Assembly: GCA_034530615.2 (NCBI GenBank)
Contig: JAVRCV020000008.1
Coordinates: forward strand, 64,001 to 128,000
DNA: 64,000 bases
Source: Aulosira sp. ZfuVER01
GTDB lineage: Bacteria; Cyanobacteriota; Cyanobacteriia; Cyanobacteriales; Nostocaceae
Direction: 5' to 3'
The notes under the pieces were generated by a model, which saw only the letters and a list, made by a program, of their open reading frames with translations, did not search any database and had not been told where the DNA came from. The position numbers and the translations under genes were made by a program. Shown piece after piece: positions 29,088 through 39,600 of this stretch. Numbering within the stretch: position 1 is the first letter of the stretch; each line of letters opens with the position of its first letter.

Positions 29088-30107
29088 CTAGCGGAACATA
29101 CTACTTACTGAACTGTCCTCGTGAATCCGCCAGATGGTTTCTCCGAGTAGGTTAGCCACTGTCAGCACTACCAGTTGCGGAAAGCGATCGCTCTCTGGGA
29201 TGGGAATTGTATTAGTGACAATCACTTCCTCAAACAAGCCACTAGACAACCGATCGACTGCTGGCGGAGAGAAAACTGCATGAGTTGCACAGGCATATAC
29301 CTGACGCGCTCCTTCTTCACGCAGCAATCTTGCTCCTGCGGCAATTGTGCCTCCAGTGTCGATCATATCGTCCACTAAGACAGCCGTTTTGCCCCTGACA
29401 TCACCAATTACATTCAACACTTCAGCGACGTTGTGAGCTTGGCGACGTTTATCAATAATCGCTAGGGGAGCATCGTTCAGTTTTTTCGCAAAGGCTCTGG
29501 CTCTTGCTACACCACCGACATCAGGAGAAACAACTACCAAATCCGACAGCTGTTTACTTGCCAGATAATCTAGTAAAACTGGCGAACCATAAACATGGTC
29601 AAAAGGTATGTCGAAATATCCCTGAATCTGGGCTGAGTGCAAATCCATTGCCAGAACTCGGTTGGCACCTGCTTGAGTGATCAGGTTGGCAACCAACTTA
29701 GCAGTGATTGATTCTCGTCCTGCTGTTTTCCGGTCAGCGCGGGCATAACCATAGTAAGGAATTACCGCCGTTACCTGGCGTGCAGAAGCACGACGACAGG
29801 CGTCAATCATAATCAGCAATTCCATCAAATGGTCGTTGACGGGTTGACAAGAAGGCTGGATTAGATAAACATCACAACCCCGAATCGATTCTTGGATTTG
29901 AATATAGAGTTCGCCGTCCGCAAACCTTTTACGGATCATGGGACCTAAGTCCATCCCCAGGTAACGAGCGACTTCTTGAGACAGTTGTACATTGGCAGAG
30001 CCAGAAAACAGCCGCAGGCGATGATTTTCATTCAGTCCTGTTGCAGCTGGCTGCAATTTGGACAAAGTTGCAGAACTGAGCACAGCAGATCCTCGATGTG
30101 CATTCAT
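29088..30107 (-). CDS. prs: Ribose-phosphate pyrophosphokinase
   Basis: FADGE, PYYGYARADRK, DLHSAQIQGYF, VSPDVGG, VDDMIDTGGT. Confidence 0.99.
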   Translation of the reverse strand: MNAHRGSAVLSSATLSKLQPAATGLNENHRLRLFSGSANVQLSQEVARYLGMDLGPMIRKRFADGELYIQIQESIRGCDVYLIQPSCQPVNDHLMELLIMIDACRRASARQVTAVIPYYGYARADRKTAGRESITAKLVANLITQAGANRVLAMDLHSAQIQGYFDIPFDHVYGSPVLLDYLASKQLSDLVVVSPDVGGVARARAFAKKLNDAPLAIIDKRRQAHNVAEVLNVIGDVRGKTAVLVDDMIDTGGTIAAGARLLREEGARQVYACATHAVFSPPAVDRLSSGLFEEVIVTNTIPIPESDRFPQLVVLTVANLLGETIWRIHEDSSVSSMFR

Positions 30108-31013
30108 GGCAATCTTAACATCAGCAATTTAGCAAATTTAACCGGAATAGTGTAAAAAAATATCTGTAAAAGTTAAAACATTTCTCCTGAAAATTATGAT
30201 TTGCTAATTTTTGAGTAGGTTTAGTAAACAAACCACTGATAGCTTAACTGAACAACAAGCTTATTAACTAGGCCTATTGTTCGGATTTTTTGCTGTATGG
30301 AAGAAAAACACCAGTTTTCCGAAGTTGATTTAGGAGATTGCTGCTTTTACGCACCTACTTTGATCGCTAAGAATAAACTTTTTACAGTTTTAGCAAAATT
30401 AGTCCGAGATATTATATAGTCGAACGCTGATAAATAAACATCTAAGAAGCAGCCAAATATTTTATGATACAACCTGCAAATTTATAATTAGTAGATTGGG
30501 TTATTTTGTGACAAATTACACAACATAATCAAATAACATCTAAGTTTCCCAACTGTCATACAATTCATTTCTGGTAAAGTTTAGTTCCTAAAATAGGGCT
30601 AGTAGTACTACGGCTAAAATATGCTTTATCTGTATAAAAAAGCAGCATAAATCTAGGCTTTTGACGTATTTTGATCTGACTAGTTATTTATACTGCCGTG
30701 CAATAGTATTATTGATTGCTTTGCAATAGTCACGCGGCAGCCATCTTAGCTTATTTTTTCAAGGTGCATCACACTTAAGTACTGATAACAGAGTGTAGCA
30801 ATAAATTCGAGCTTGTCTTAATTAAACTGACTTCGCACCCACTAAAGCAGAATGTCAGCCTTACCTGTGAAAATGTATAAAGCAGAGTGCGGTTGCCATA
30901 AGTACCCATAAGGTAGGGTAGAATATCGCCGCAAGTAAATGTTGTCGCTGCTTAGACTTAATCTTGGGGGAGGACTTCCTTCTCAGTTGCCATAACACTT
31001 AAATTATTCGATT

Positions 31014-32729
31014 ATGCAACCACCTATTACAGTTGGCACTGTCTTACAAAACCGTTACCGTATTGTTCAGATTCTCGGACAAGGAGGATTTGGCAGAACC
31101 TATCTGGCGGAAGACCAAAGGCGTTTTGATGAACTTTGTGCCATCAAAGAATTAATTCCTACCACAATTGGAACTTCTGTTTGGGAGAAGACACAAGAAC
31201 TTTTCCACCGAGAAGCAGCAATTTTGTATCAAATTGAGCATCCACAAGTGCCGAAATTTCGGGAAAGATTTGAACAAGATCAGCGCTTGTTTTTGGTAGA
31301 AGACTATGTTGCTGGGAAGACTTACCGGACTATACTAGCGGAACGCCAAGCTGTTAATCAAACATTGACAGAACCAGAAGTATTACAGCTAATGCTTTCC
31401 TTATTGCCTGTATTAGAGCATATTCACAGTCGCGGAATTATTCACAGAGATATCTCACCAGAAAATATTATTTTACGAGATAGTGATACAAAACCAGTAT
31501 TAATTGACTTTGGGGTAGTTAAAGAATTAGCAACTAGAATACAAGCTCCAAATAGCACAGCACCAGTCACCACCGTGGGAAAATTAGGTTATTCTCCCAG
31601 CGAACAAATGCAAACAGGGCAAGCTTACCCTAATAGCGATCTGTATGCATTAGCAGTCACAGCAATAGTTTTACTGACTGGTAGAGAACCCTCAGAGTTA
31701 TTTAATGACAGTCAACTAACTTGGAATTGGCAACAATGGGCGAGAGTTAATCCACGATTTGCCCAAGTTATTAATCGGATGTTGAATTATCGACCAAGCG
31801 ATCGCTATCAAAATGCGGCTGAGGTCATTCAAGCATTACAAGCTATCAATCAATCCAATGTCCCTGACCCTATTGTTTCTAATATACAGACAATAGCTGT
31901 TGGTGGTGGTCGTCAACCAAACCCAGTACCATCACCTTCGCCTTCGCCTAATAGACCTGCACCTGTTATTCCACCCAGCAATAATAGCTCTGTCTTAGAT
32001 AACCCTCTAGCTATTGGGGCAATTGGCAGTGTAGTAGTTATCTTAGCAGGTGTCGGTTCTTGGGCGTTGGTGAGTTCTCTTCGCAGTCAATCGAATACAT
32101 CACAAGAAAAACCAGGGCAAACTTTCCCTTCACCAGTGATTTCTGGTGGTACTACATTAACACCCACACCTACACCTACACCTACCAACACTGCACCTGT
32201 TGTGTTGAGTAAACGCCTCAATTTGGGAGCATCCAATACAGCTACTGTAGAAAGTACTCTAAAAGAAAATCAAGTAGTTCAGTACACTTTGTTTGGCCAA
32301 AAAGGGCAAAAGTTAACTACAGTTCTTCAGCAAGGAACTGGCATTGTACTGACAATTTTAGATCCTCAGAAACAACCAATTGATAATTTAGCTAGCCAAG
32401 TTCAATCCTATGAAGGCAGATTACCTGTAACTGGTAGATATACTATTCAATTAAATCTAGACCCAGGAATTGCCGAGAGTGATTACAGCCTCAATGTTGC
32501 ATTAGAAAAAATAATTAAGGCGACACCTACACCAACTCTTACACCAAGTCCTACGCTAACCACAACACCAACCCCAACACCAGATATTACAAAAACACTT
32601 ACGCCAACTCCAACACCAACTCTTATACTCAGCCCAACACCAAGTCCTACACTCAGCCCAACACCAACCCCTACTTCTATTGAACAACCAAATAACTTTC
32701 CCGATCCTGTTTCTACCCCAGGAAATTAA
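31014..32729 (+). CDS. Membrane Ser/Thr protein kinase with extracellular domain and Thr/Pro-rich linkers
   Basis: [36 protein letters not shown]; (TP)n low-complexity tracts. Confidence 0.95.
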   Translation: MQPPITVGTVLQNRYRIVQILGQGGFGRTYLAEDQRRFDELCAIKELIPTTIGTSVWEKTQELFHREAAILYQIEHPQVPKFRERFEQDQRLFLVEDYVAGKTYRTILAERQAVNQTLTEPEVLQLMLSLLPVLEHIHSRGIIHRDISPENIILRDSDTKPVLIDFGVVKELATRIQAPNSTAPVTTVGKLGYSPSEQMQTGQAYPNSDLYALAVTAIVLLTGREPSELFNDSQLTWNWQQWARVNPRFAQVINRMLNYRPSDRYQNAAEVIQALQAINQSNVPDPIVSNIQTIAVGGGRQPNPVPSPSPSPNRPAPVIPPSNNSSVLDNPLAIGAIGSVVVILAGVGSWALVSSLRSQSNTSQEKPGQTFPSPVISGGTTLTPTPTPTPTNTAPVVLSKRLNLGASNTATVESTLKENQVVQYTLFGQKGQKLTTVLQQGTGIVLTILDPQKQPIDNLASQVQSYEGRLPVTGRYTIQLNLDPGIAESDYSLNVALEKIIKATPTPTLTPSPTLTTTPTPTPDITKTLTPTPTPTLILSPTPSPTLSPTPTPTSIEQPNNFPDPVSTPGN

Positions 32730-32893
32730 AAACGAATTAAACTCTGACCATACACAAAGACCTAATACTCCTACTATTAATGATGGAGCGATCGCTCACA
32801 TCAAAAATTGGTAAGCTTGGTGAAAAACGACATGATACGAGATATCACTACATACCGAAATAAGTAAAGGTTGTAATTAATGGTGGTGTATCC

Positions 32894-34054
32894 ATGTTTA
32901 ATCAGGATTTTTCAGAATTTATTCAAAGTAACTTCTTTCAAGCTCATAAATACTGGTATTGTTGCTGCACAATAGCCTGCCTAAATTCAAATCAAGTGGT
33001 GATTTCTATGCGAGGGTATTTGATGTATGAGTCACCCGATGATAAGGATGTACCTTTGTGCTGTGAAGGAAGTTTAGAAAGTTATCGCAGCGACTATAGG
33101 CTAAATTTTCGTGCCTCAATCGAGCAATATACGGGTTTATATTCATTAGTTCAATTTCCTTATCAACTCTTTTTTCGTATTGAACGACAAGGAGAAAAAC
33201 AATTAATTGCTACTTTTAATTGGAATAATTATCTTGGTGAGGAAAGCACTAATATCCAATTAGTTGGATATCAATCTGGTGTATTGTCTGGATTTGGGAA
33301 GTTGCAAGCTCTTGATACCGATGAATCCAAATGTGAGATGATGTATCTTATCAGTATAGACAAGCCGCAAGCTCTGAGTCGAGATATATGGCAACAACAA
33401 AAGCATCCAAAATTTGGTAAAACTAATCCTGAAAAAATGGATTTGGAGTTTTGGAAATATATGGTCAAAACACGAGATTCTGCTTATTCAGCTACCAAAA
33501 GATTTAGCAATATAGATAATTTCTCTGATTCACCTGTCTGGTGTTTTCACAGATTTGGTGTATCTCGAACAGAATTATTAGACGATAGAGTAATTTGTAT
33601 AGGTGGAGAACATGAAGATTATTACGATCCAGATTTTTATATTTACAATGATGTAATTGTTATATATCCAGATGGGGAAATTACCATTTACGCCTATCCT
33701 AGAGAAATTTTTCCTCCTACCGATTTTCACTCAGCAACTTTAATAGATAAGTTTCATGGTGAGATTTATATCATAGGATGCTTGGGTTATTTACAAGATA
33801 GAAAACCTGGAGAAACTCCTGTTTATTTACTGAATTGCGAAACTTTTGTTATTGAAGAGGTGGAGACAACAGGAGAAAAACCTGGTTGGATTTATGAGCA
33901 TAAAGCAGACTTTTTAGAAAGTGAAAATTGTATCAAAATTGAAGAAGGTAAAATTTTTGAATTAGAAGGAGATGAACAAGTTTATCGAGATAACACGGAA
34001 GTATACTATCTAAATCTGTCAAATTACCAATGGTATCGTAGTGCTATAAGATAG
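32894..34054 (+). CDS. Hypothetical protein with C-terminal Kelch-like/beta-propeller region
   Basis: WCFHRFG, IGGEHEDYYDPDFYIYNDV, PTDFHSATL, IYIIGCLGY Kelch-like blades; start codon uncertain. Confidence 0.7.
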   Translation: MFNQDFSEFIQSNFFQAHKYWYCCCTIACLNSNQVVISMRGYLMYESPDDKDVPLCCEGSLESYRSDYRLNFRASIEQYTGLYSLVQFPYQLFFRIERQGEKQLIATFNWNNYLGEESTNIQLVGYQSGVLSGFGKLQALDTDESKCEMMYLISIDKPQALSRDIWQQQKHPKFGKTNPEKMDLEFWKYMVKTRDSAYSATKRFSNIDNFSDSPVWCFHRFGVSRTELLDDRVICIGGEHEDYYDPDFYIYNDVIVIYPDGEITIYAYPREIFPPTDFHSATLIDKFHGEIYIIGCLGYLQDRKPGETPVYLLNCETFVIEEVETTGEKPGWIYEHKADFLESENCIKIEEGKIFELEGDEQVYRDNTEVYYLNLSNYQWYRSAIR

Positions 34055-34189
34055 AGAGCGAAAAATTTCGGGGGAGATGAGGGACAGAACGCGGTAAAAT
34101 GAACGAAATAAGCTAATTGTCAAGAAACATAGTTATAAGTATTATTAGGAATTAGTACATAAGTTGATAATTGACTCTGCTAAAACAAA

Positions 34190-34888
34190 TTGTTGAACAC
34201 ACTACTAATTACAGGCACTGATACAGAGGCTGGCAAGACTGTTTTGACAACAGCATTAGCAGCTTATTGGCAAAAATATTTTCCTGGGCGCAACTGGGGA
34301 ATTATGAAACCGATTCAATCAGGAGAGGGCGATCGCGAGTGGTATCAAAAGCTATTTTCGCTACAACAAACGGCTGAAGAAATTACACCCTTGTATTTTC
34401 AAGCACCGCTAGCACCTCCCATCGCCGCCGCTAAGGAAAACCGCCAAGTCGATTTAGCTGTAGTTTGGCAAGCTTTATCTAAGTTGCGATCGCGTCACGA
34501 TTTTCTTTTAGTAGAATCTTTGGGGGGCTTAGGTTCACCCATTACTGAAGAATTGACGGTAGCCGACTTAGCAGGAGAATGGCATTTACCAACAATTTTA
34601 GTCGTGCCAGTGAGATTAGGAGCGATCGCTCAAGCAGTGGCTAATGTTGCATTAGCTAGACAAGCGCTGGTACATCTTAAAGGGATTGTTCTCAACTGCG
34701 TACAACCTCGTTCCGATGCAGAAATAGCCGACTTAACGCCACCAGAGTTGATTCAATCGCTAACCAATATCCCTGTTTTAGGCTGCTTACCTCATCTCGA
34801 TAACCTCACTGATTTAGATAAACTAGCCCAAGTCGCGTCAGATTTAGATTTAGGAATAATTCCAGAAATCTCATGTATTAAATTTTGA
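34190..34888 (+). CDS. bioD: Dethiobiotin synthase
   Basis: [27 protein letters not shown]. Confidence 0.96.
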   Translation: MLNTLLITGTDTEAGKTVLTTALAAYWQKYFPGRNWGIMKPIQSGEGDREWYQKLFSLQQTAEEITPLYFQAPLAPPIAAAKENRQVDLAVVWQALSKLRSRHDFLLVESLGGLGSPITEELTVADLAGEWHLPTILVVPVRLGAIAQAVANVALARQALVHLKGIVLNCVQPRSDAEIADLTPPELIQSLTNIPVLGCLPHLDNLTDLDKLAQVASDLDLGIIPEISCIKF

Positions 34889-34994
34889 ATTTTGAATTCC
34901 CTGTAGGGTTGACTCTGCTTGCAGGAAGTGTGGCAGAATGTCACACTGAGAAAATAACCTAAGTTAGCTGTGTTTACCTAGGCTTTTCTTCACA

Positions 34995-36212
34995 ATGGTT
35001 TCCACCTTCCCAAATCCTGCTTCTGTTGACTTATCTCACGTCCGCCTCTCGATCCGTTCGTTACAAGCGCAACTGGTAGAATGGCGGCGACGGCTACATC
35101 AAAAACCAGAGTTGGGTTTTAAAGAAAAACTCACAGCCGAGTTTATTTCACAGAAGTTACAAGAATGGGGAATTGAGCATCAAACTGGTATTGCTCAAAC
35201 AGGAATTGTTGCCGTCATCAAAGGTAACAAACTCAGTACTGGTAAGGTTTTGGCAATTCGGGCAGATATGGATGCTTTGCCAATTCAAGAACTTAACCAA
35301 GTGCCTTATTGCTCCCAGCATGACGGAGTAATGCACGCTTGTGGACATGATGGACATATAGCGATCGCACTAGGTACAGCTTACTATTTGCAACAGCATC
35401 GTGAAGATTTTGGTGGCACTGTCAAAATTATCTTCCAGCCAGCAGAAGAAGGGCCGGGAGGTGCAAAACCAATGATTGAGGTTGGGGTACTAAAAAACCC
35501 TGATGTCGATGCCATTATCGGTTTACATCTGTGGAACAATTTACCCTTGGGGACAGTGGGTGTCCGGGCTGGGGCGTTGATGGCAGCTGTAGAATTATTC
35601 AACTGCACAATTTTGGGTAAAGGTGGACACGGTGCAATACCCCATCAAACTGTAGATTCGATTGTAGTTGCAGCCCAGATTGTCAACGCCTTACAAACCA
35701 TTGTGGCGCGCAACGTCAATCCGATTGATTCAGCAGTAGTGACTGTAGGTGCGCTGCACGCTGGCACAGCACACAATGTGATTGCTGATACAGCAAATAT
35801 GAAAGGAACAGTTCGGTATTTTAACCCAGCTTTTGCAGGCTTTTTTAAACAGCGTATCGAGCAGATAGTTGCTGGAGTGTGCCAAAGTCATGGTGCAAGT
35901 TATGACTTGGAATATGTCTCGCTTTATCCCCCAGTAATTAATGATGCAGGTATAGCAGAATTAGTGCGATCGATCGCAGTGGAAGTGGTAGAAACTCCCG
36001 TAGGTATAGTGCCAGAATGCCAAACGATGGGCGGTGAAGATATGTCCTTCTTCTTGCAAGAGGTTCCTGGGTGCTATTTCTTTCTCGGTTCTGCCAACCC
36101 TACAAAAGACTTAGCTTATCCTCATCATCATCCCAGGTTTGATTTTGACGAAACCGCTTTGCCAATGGGTGTGGAAATATTTGTCAGGTGTGTGGAGAAG
36201 TTTTTGAATTAA
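34995..36212 (+). CDS. M20D family N-acyl-amino-acid amidohydrolase
   Basis: RRLHQKPELG, RADMDAL, MHACGHDGH, FQPAEE, GEDM, HHP.FD. Confidence 0.95.
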   Translation: MVSTFPNPASVDLSHVRLSIRSLQAQLVEWRRRLHQKPELGFKEKLTAEFISQKLQEWGIEHQTGIAQTGIVAVIKGNKLSTGKVLAIRADMDALPIQELNQVPYCSQHDGVMHACGHDGHIAIALGTAYYLQQHREDFGGTVKIIFQPAEEGPGGAKPMIEVGVLKNPDVDAIIGLHLWNNLPLGTVGVRAGALMAAVELFNCTILGKGGHGAIPHQTVDSIVVAAQIVNALQTIVARNVNPIDSAVVTVGALHAGTAHNVIADTANMKGTVRYFNPAFAGFFKQRIEQIVAGVCQSHGASYDLEYVSLYPPVINDAGIAELVRSIAVEVVETPVGIVPECQTMGGEDMSFFLQEVPGCYFFLGSANPTKDLAYPHHHPRFDFDETALPMGVEIFVRCVEKFLN

Positions 36213-36274
36213 TGGAATAAGGGATTCTCTGAAATGTGAATCTCAACCTAGCGCGCTAGGAAAAATTACTGCCC

Positions 36275-36307
36275 AGATCCCGGACTTCTTAAAGAAGTCC
36301 GGGATCT
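36275..36307. repeat. Dispersed hairpin repeat, possibly also a terminator
   Basis: AGATCCCGGACTTCT-taa-AGAAGTCCGGGATCT; same family as 4232-4264. Confidence 0.7.
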
Positions 36308-36627
36308 AAAATTATGTTTGCCCATCATTTCAGTCCTCTGTATTTTCCCTGAATTTTTTCCAAATTAAACCTGGCTCCTGAAGTAACAAGAGTCATAATT
36401 TGTTAGTCGGTAGTAGCGGCTAGCATCAGTATTTATAGTTTTCATAAATACTCTAAATTGAGCAAAAATCTTGGGAATATTAAGTTAATCAGAGGTTGGT
36501 AGAATTCCGAGTAAATTACTGAAGGCTGGCACTAGGGGAAGTAATCCCCAACTCAACAGATTTCTTGCCGTTAAAAATGCACCTTACTTTTTTTAGGTGT
36601 GAGTTAGACAGTGAACCGAGAAAAATT

Positions 36628-39600
36628 ATGATTACGCTTTTAGAATACAAAGTGACAGAAACAGTTTATGAGGATTCGAGAACCGTTATTTACCGGGCAA
36701 TAAGAGGAAAAGATAAAAAATCAGTTATTCTCAAAACGCTGCGTGCTGACTGTCCCACGTTAGAAGAAATCAGCCAACTTCGGCATGAATACGATATTTC
36801 AAAAAAACTAAAAATAGCCGGAATCGTTCAACCTTACAGAATAGAGAACTATCGCAACAGTCTAGTTATCGTCTTAGAAGATTTTAGCGGTCAATCTATC
36901 AAGCAATTTATTGATAACAATCATATTGATATTGTTGATTTTCTCAAAATCGCCATTCATCTAGCAAAGACTCTATTTTCTCTGCACGAAAATCAGATTA
37001 TCCATAAAGACATTAAAAGCCAAAATATCATTATCAATCCAGAAACCTTGGAAGTCAAAATTACTGACTTCAGCATTGCTTCGCGCTTATCAAAAGAAAA
37101 TTCTAACTTCAGCAATCCTAAATTTATCCAAGGAACGCTTGCTTATATGTCCCCAGAACAAACTGGGCGGATGAATCGTTCCATTGACTATCGTACTGAC
37201 TTCTACTCTTTGGGTGTCACTTTTTATGAAATCCTCACCGGGAAGTTACCTTTTCCCACAAATGACCCACTAGAGTTAGTTCATTGTCATATTGCCAAAC
37301 AACCTTTATCGCCTAGCGAACTCAAGCCAGAAATTCCTGTAACTATTTCTAATATTATCCTGAAGTTATTAGCAAAGACGGCAGAAGATAGATATCAAAG
37401 CGCTCTTGGTCTACAAGCTGATTTAGAAAATTGTCTCGTACAACTGGAAGTTACAGGCAAGATAGAAAACTTTATTTTGGGTGAAAAAGACCATTCCGGT
37501 CAACTACAAATACCGCAAAAACTTTACGGTCGTGAAGCCGAAGTCACAACGCTAATCAAGGCTTTTACTCGCGTTGCAAATGTTGCAGAAAACCCAGCAA
37601 ATTCTGGCGCAACAGAAATGATGTTAGTAGCAGGTTATTCAGGAATTGGTAAGTCAGCTTTAGTGAATGAAGTCCACAAACCAATTGTGAAAGCAAGGGG
37701 ATATTTCATTGCTGGGAAGTTCGATCAGTTTAAACGAAATATTCCCTATAGTTCTGTTGTCAATGCCTTTCAAGATTTAATTCGCCAACTGCTCACAGAA
37801 AGTCAAGAAAATATAACTATTTGGAAACAAAAACTATTAGAGGCTTTGGGTGCTAATGCTCAAGCAATTGTAGAAGTTATCCCTGAAGTTGAACTAATTA
37901 TCGGTCAACAACCAGACATTCCGCAATTAGGGCCAGCCGAATCTCAAAACCGCTTCAATCGCCTATTTCAAAAGTTTATTCAAGTCTTCGCTCAAGGTGA
38001 ACATCCGCTAGTTCTGTTTTTAGATGACTTACAGTGGTCAGATTCAGCGTCTTTAAAATTAATCCAGCTGATGATGACAGATCCAGATAGCAAACATTTG
38101 TTGCTGATTGGAGCTTATCGAGATAACGAAGTCAGCGCTACCCATCCTTTAATGTTGACCTTGGAGGAAATTCAAAAAACTGGTGCAACAGTCAATGCGA
38201 TCGCTCTCCAAGCTTTAGCAGTTGACCACGTCTGTCAAATAGTAGCCGATACCCTCAAAGAAAGCGAAAAATCCCAACCTCTTGCCGAATTACTGTTCAA
38301 TAAAACTCAAGGAAATCCCTTCTTCCTAACTCAGTTACTCCAAACTCTCCACCAAGAAAAGCTATTAACTTTTGACTTTAAATCTGATACTTGGCAGTGG
38401 GACATTGCGAAAATTCAAAGCATTGGCATTACTGATTATAATGTTGTCGAACTCGTTGCCAGAAATATTCAAAAACTGCCGCCCGCAACCCAGGAAGTTC
38501 TCAAATTAGCCGCTTGTATTGGCAACTCTTTTAATTTAGACGTTCTCGCAATTGTCCGCGAGAAATCTCAGTCAACAACAGCTACAGAACTTTGGAGCGC
38601 GCTGCAATCAGGTTTAATTTTACCCCTCAGCAATGCTTATAAAATTCCTTTAGCTACTGATGATGAATTACAAATCATTGATGGGTTGGAACAGCTAAAT
38701 ACAAGCTGTGAAGCACTAATCATTTCCTATAAATTTTTACACGACCGAGTGCAGCAAGCGGCTTATTCTCTGATTCCTGAGGAGCAGAAACAAGAAACTC
38801 ACCTGAAAGTTGGTCAACTGCTACTAAAAAATACCTCTCCTGAAAAAATTGAAGAAAATATCTTCGATATAGTTAACCAACTTAATATTGGGGTAGAACT
38901 GATTAGCGAACGCACACAAAAAGACGATCTAGCTCGCCTTAATTTAATTGCAGGACGCAAAGCCAAAGCCGCAACAGCTTACGAACCAGCAGTGAGATAT
39001 TTAACGGTGGGATTAGGACTGCTAGCGCCTGATAGTTGGCAAACTCACTACGACCTGACGCTCAATCTCTACGTAGAAACAGCAGAAGCAGAGTACTTAA
39101 ACACAAACTTTCAGCAGTCAGCCGCCTTAACTGAAGTTGTGTTGCAACACGCTACTACCTTACTTGACAAAGTAAAGGTATACGAAATTCAAATCCAGTA
39201 TTATTTTGCTCAAAGCCAAATGGGCGCTGCGCTAGAAACTGGTCTTTCTGTATTAGAAATGCTAGGAGTTTCCTTAGAATCTGACTCTAATAATGTGCAT
39301 TGGGTAGTTGAAATTCCGGGAATTGAGGATTTAAACAACCTTCCGATAATGAGCGATCCTCACAAACTAGCAATTTTGCGACTGCTGATCAATGTTTCGG
39401 CCAGTTCTACTTTTGCTAAACCTGAAATTTTGCCACTTATTATATTGACTCAGATTAATTTCTGTCTTGAACATGGTTATTCTGGGCTAGCAGCTTTTGC
39501 TTATGTTTTGTATGGAATGCTTTTGTGTACGGTAAAAGGAGACACGGAAACCGGATATCTTTCAGGTAAATTAGCATTAAAGCTGTTAGATAAATTTAAT

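Noticed and set aside
30108..31013. 900-bp intergenic region as a possible riboswitch or sRNA locus
   Set aside because: No recognisable aptamer motif by eye; explained by divergent promoters plus a degenerate repeat element near 30600-30710. An Rfam/Infernal scan would be needed.
32150..32680. ACACC(A/T)/ACCA-rich tandem-like DNA
   Set aside because: Simply encodes Thr/Pro linkers of the membrane kinase.
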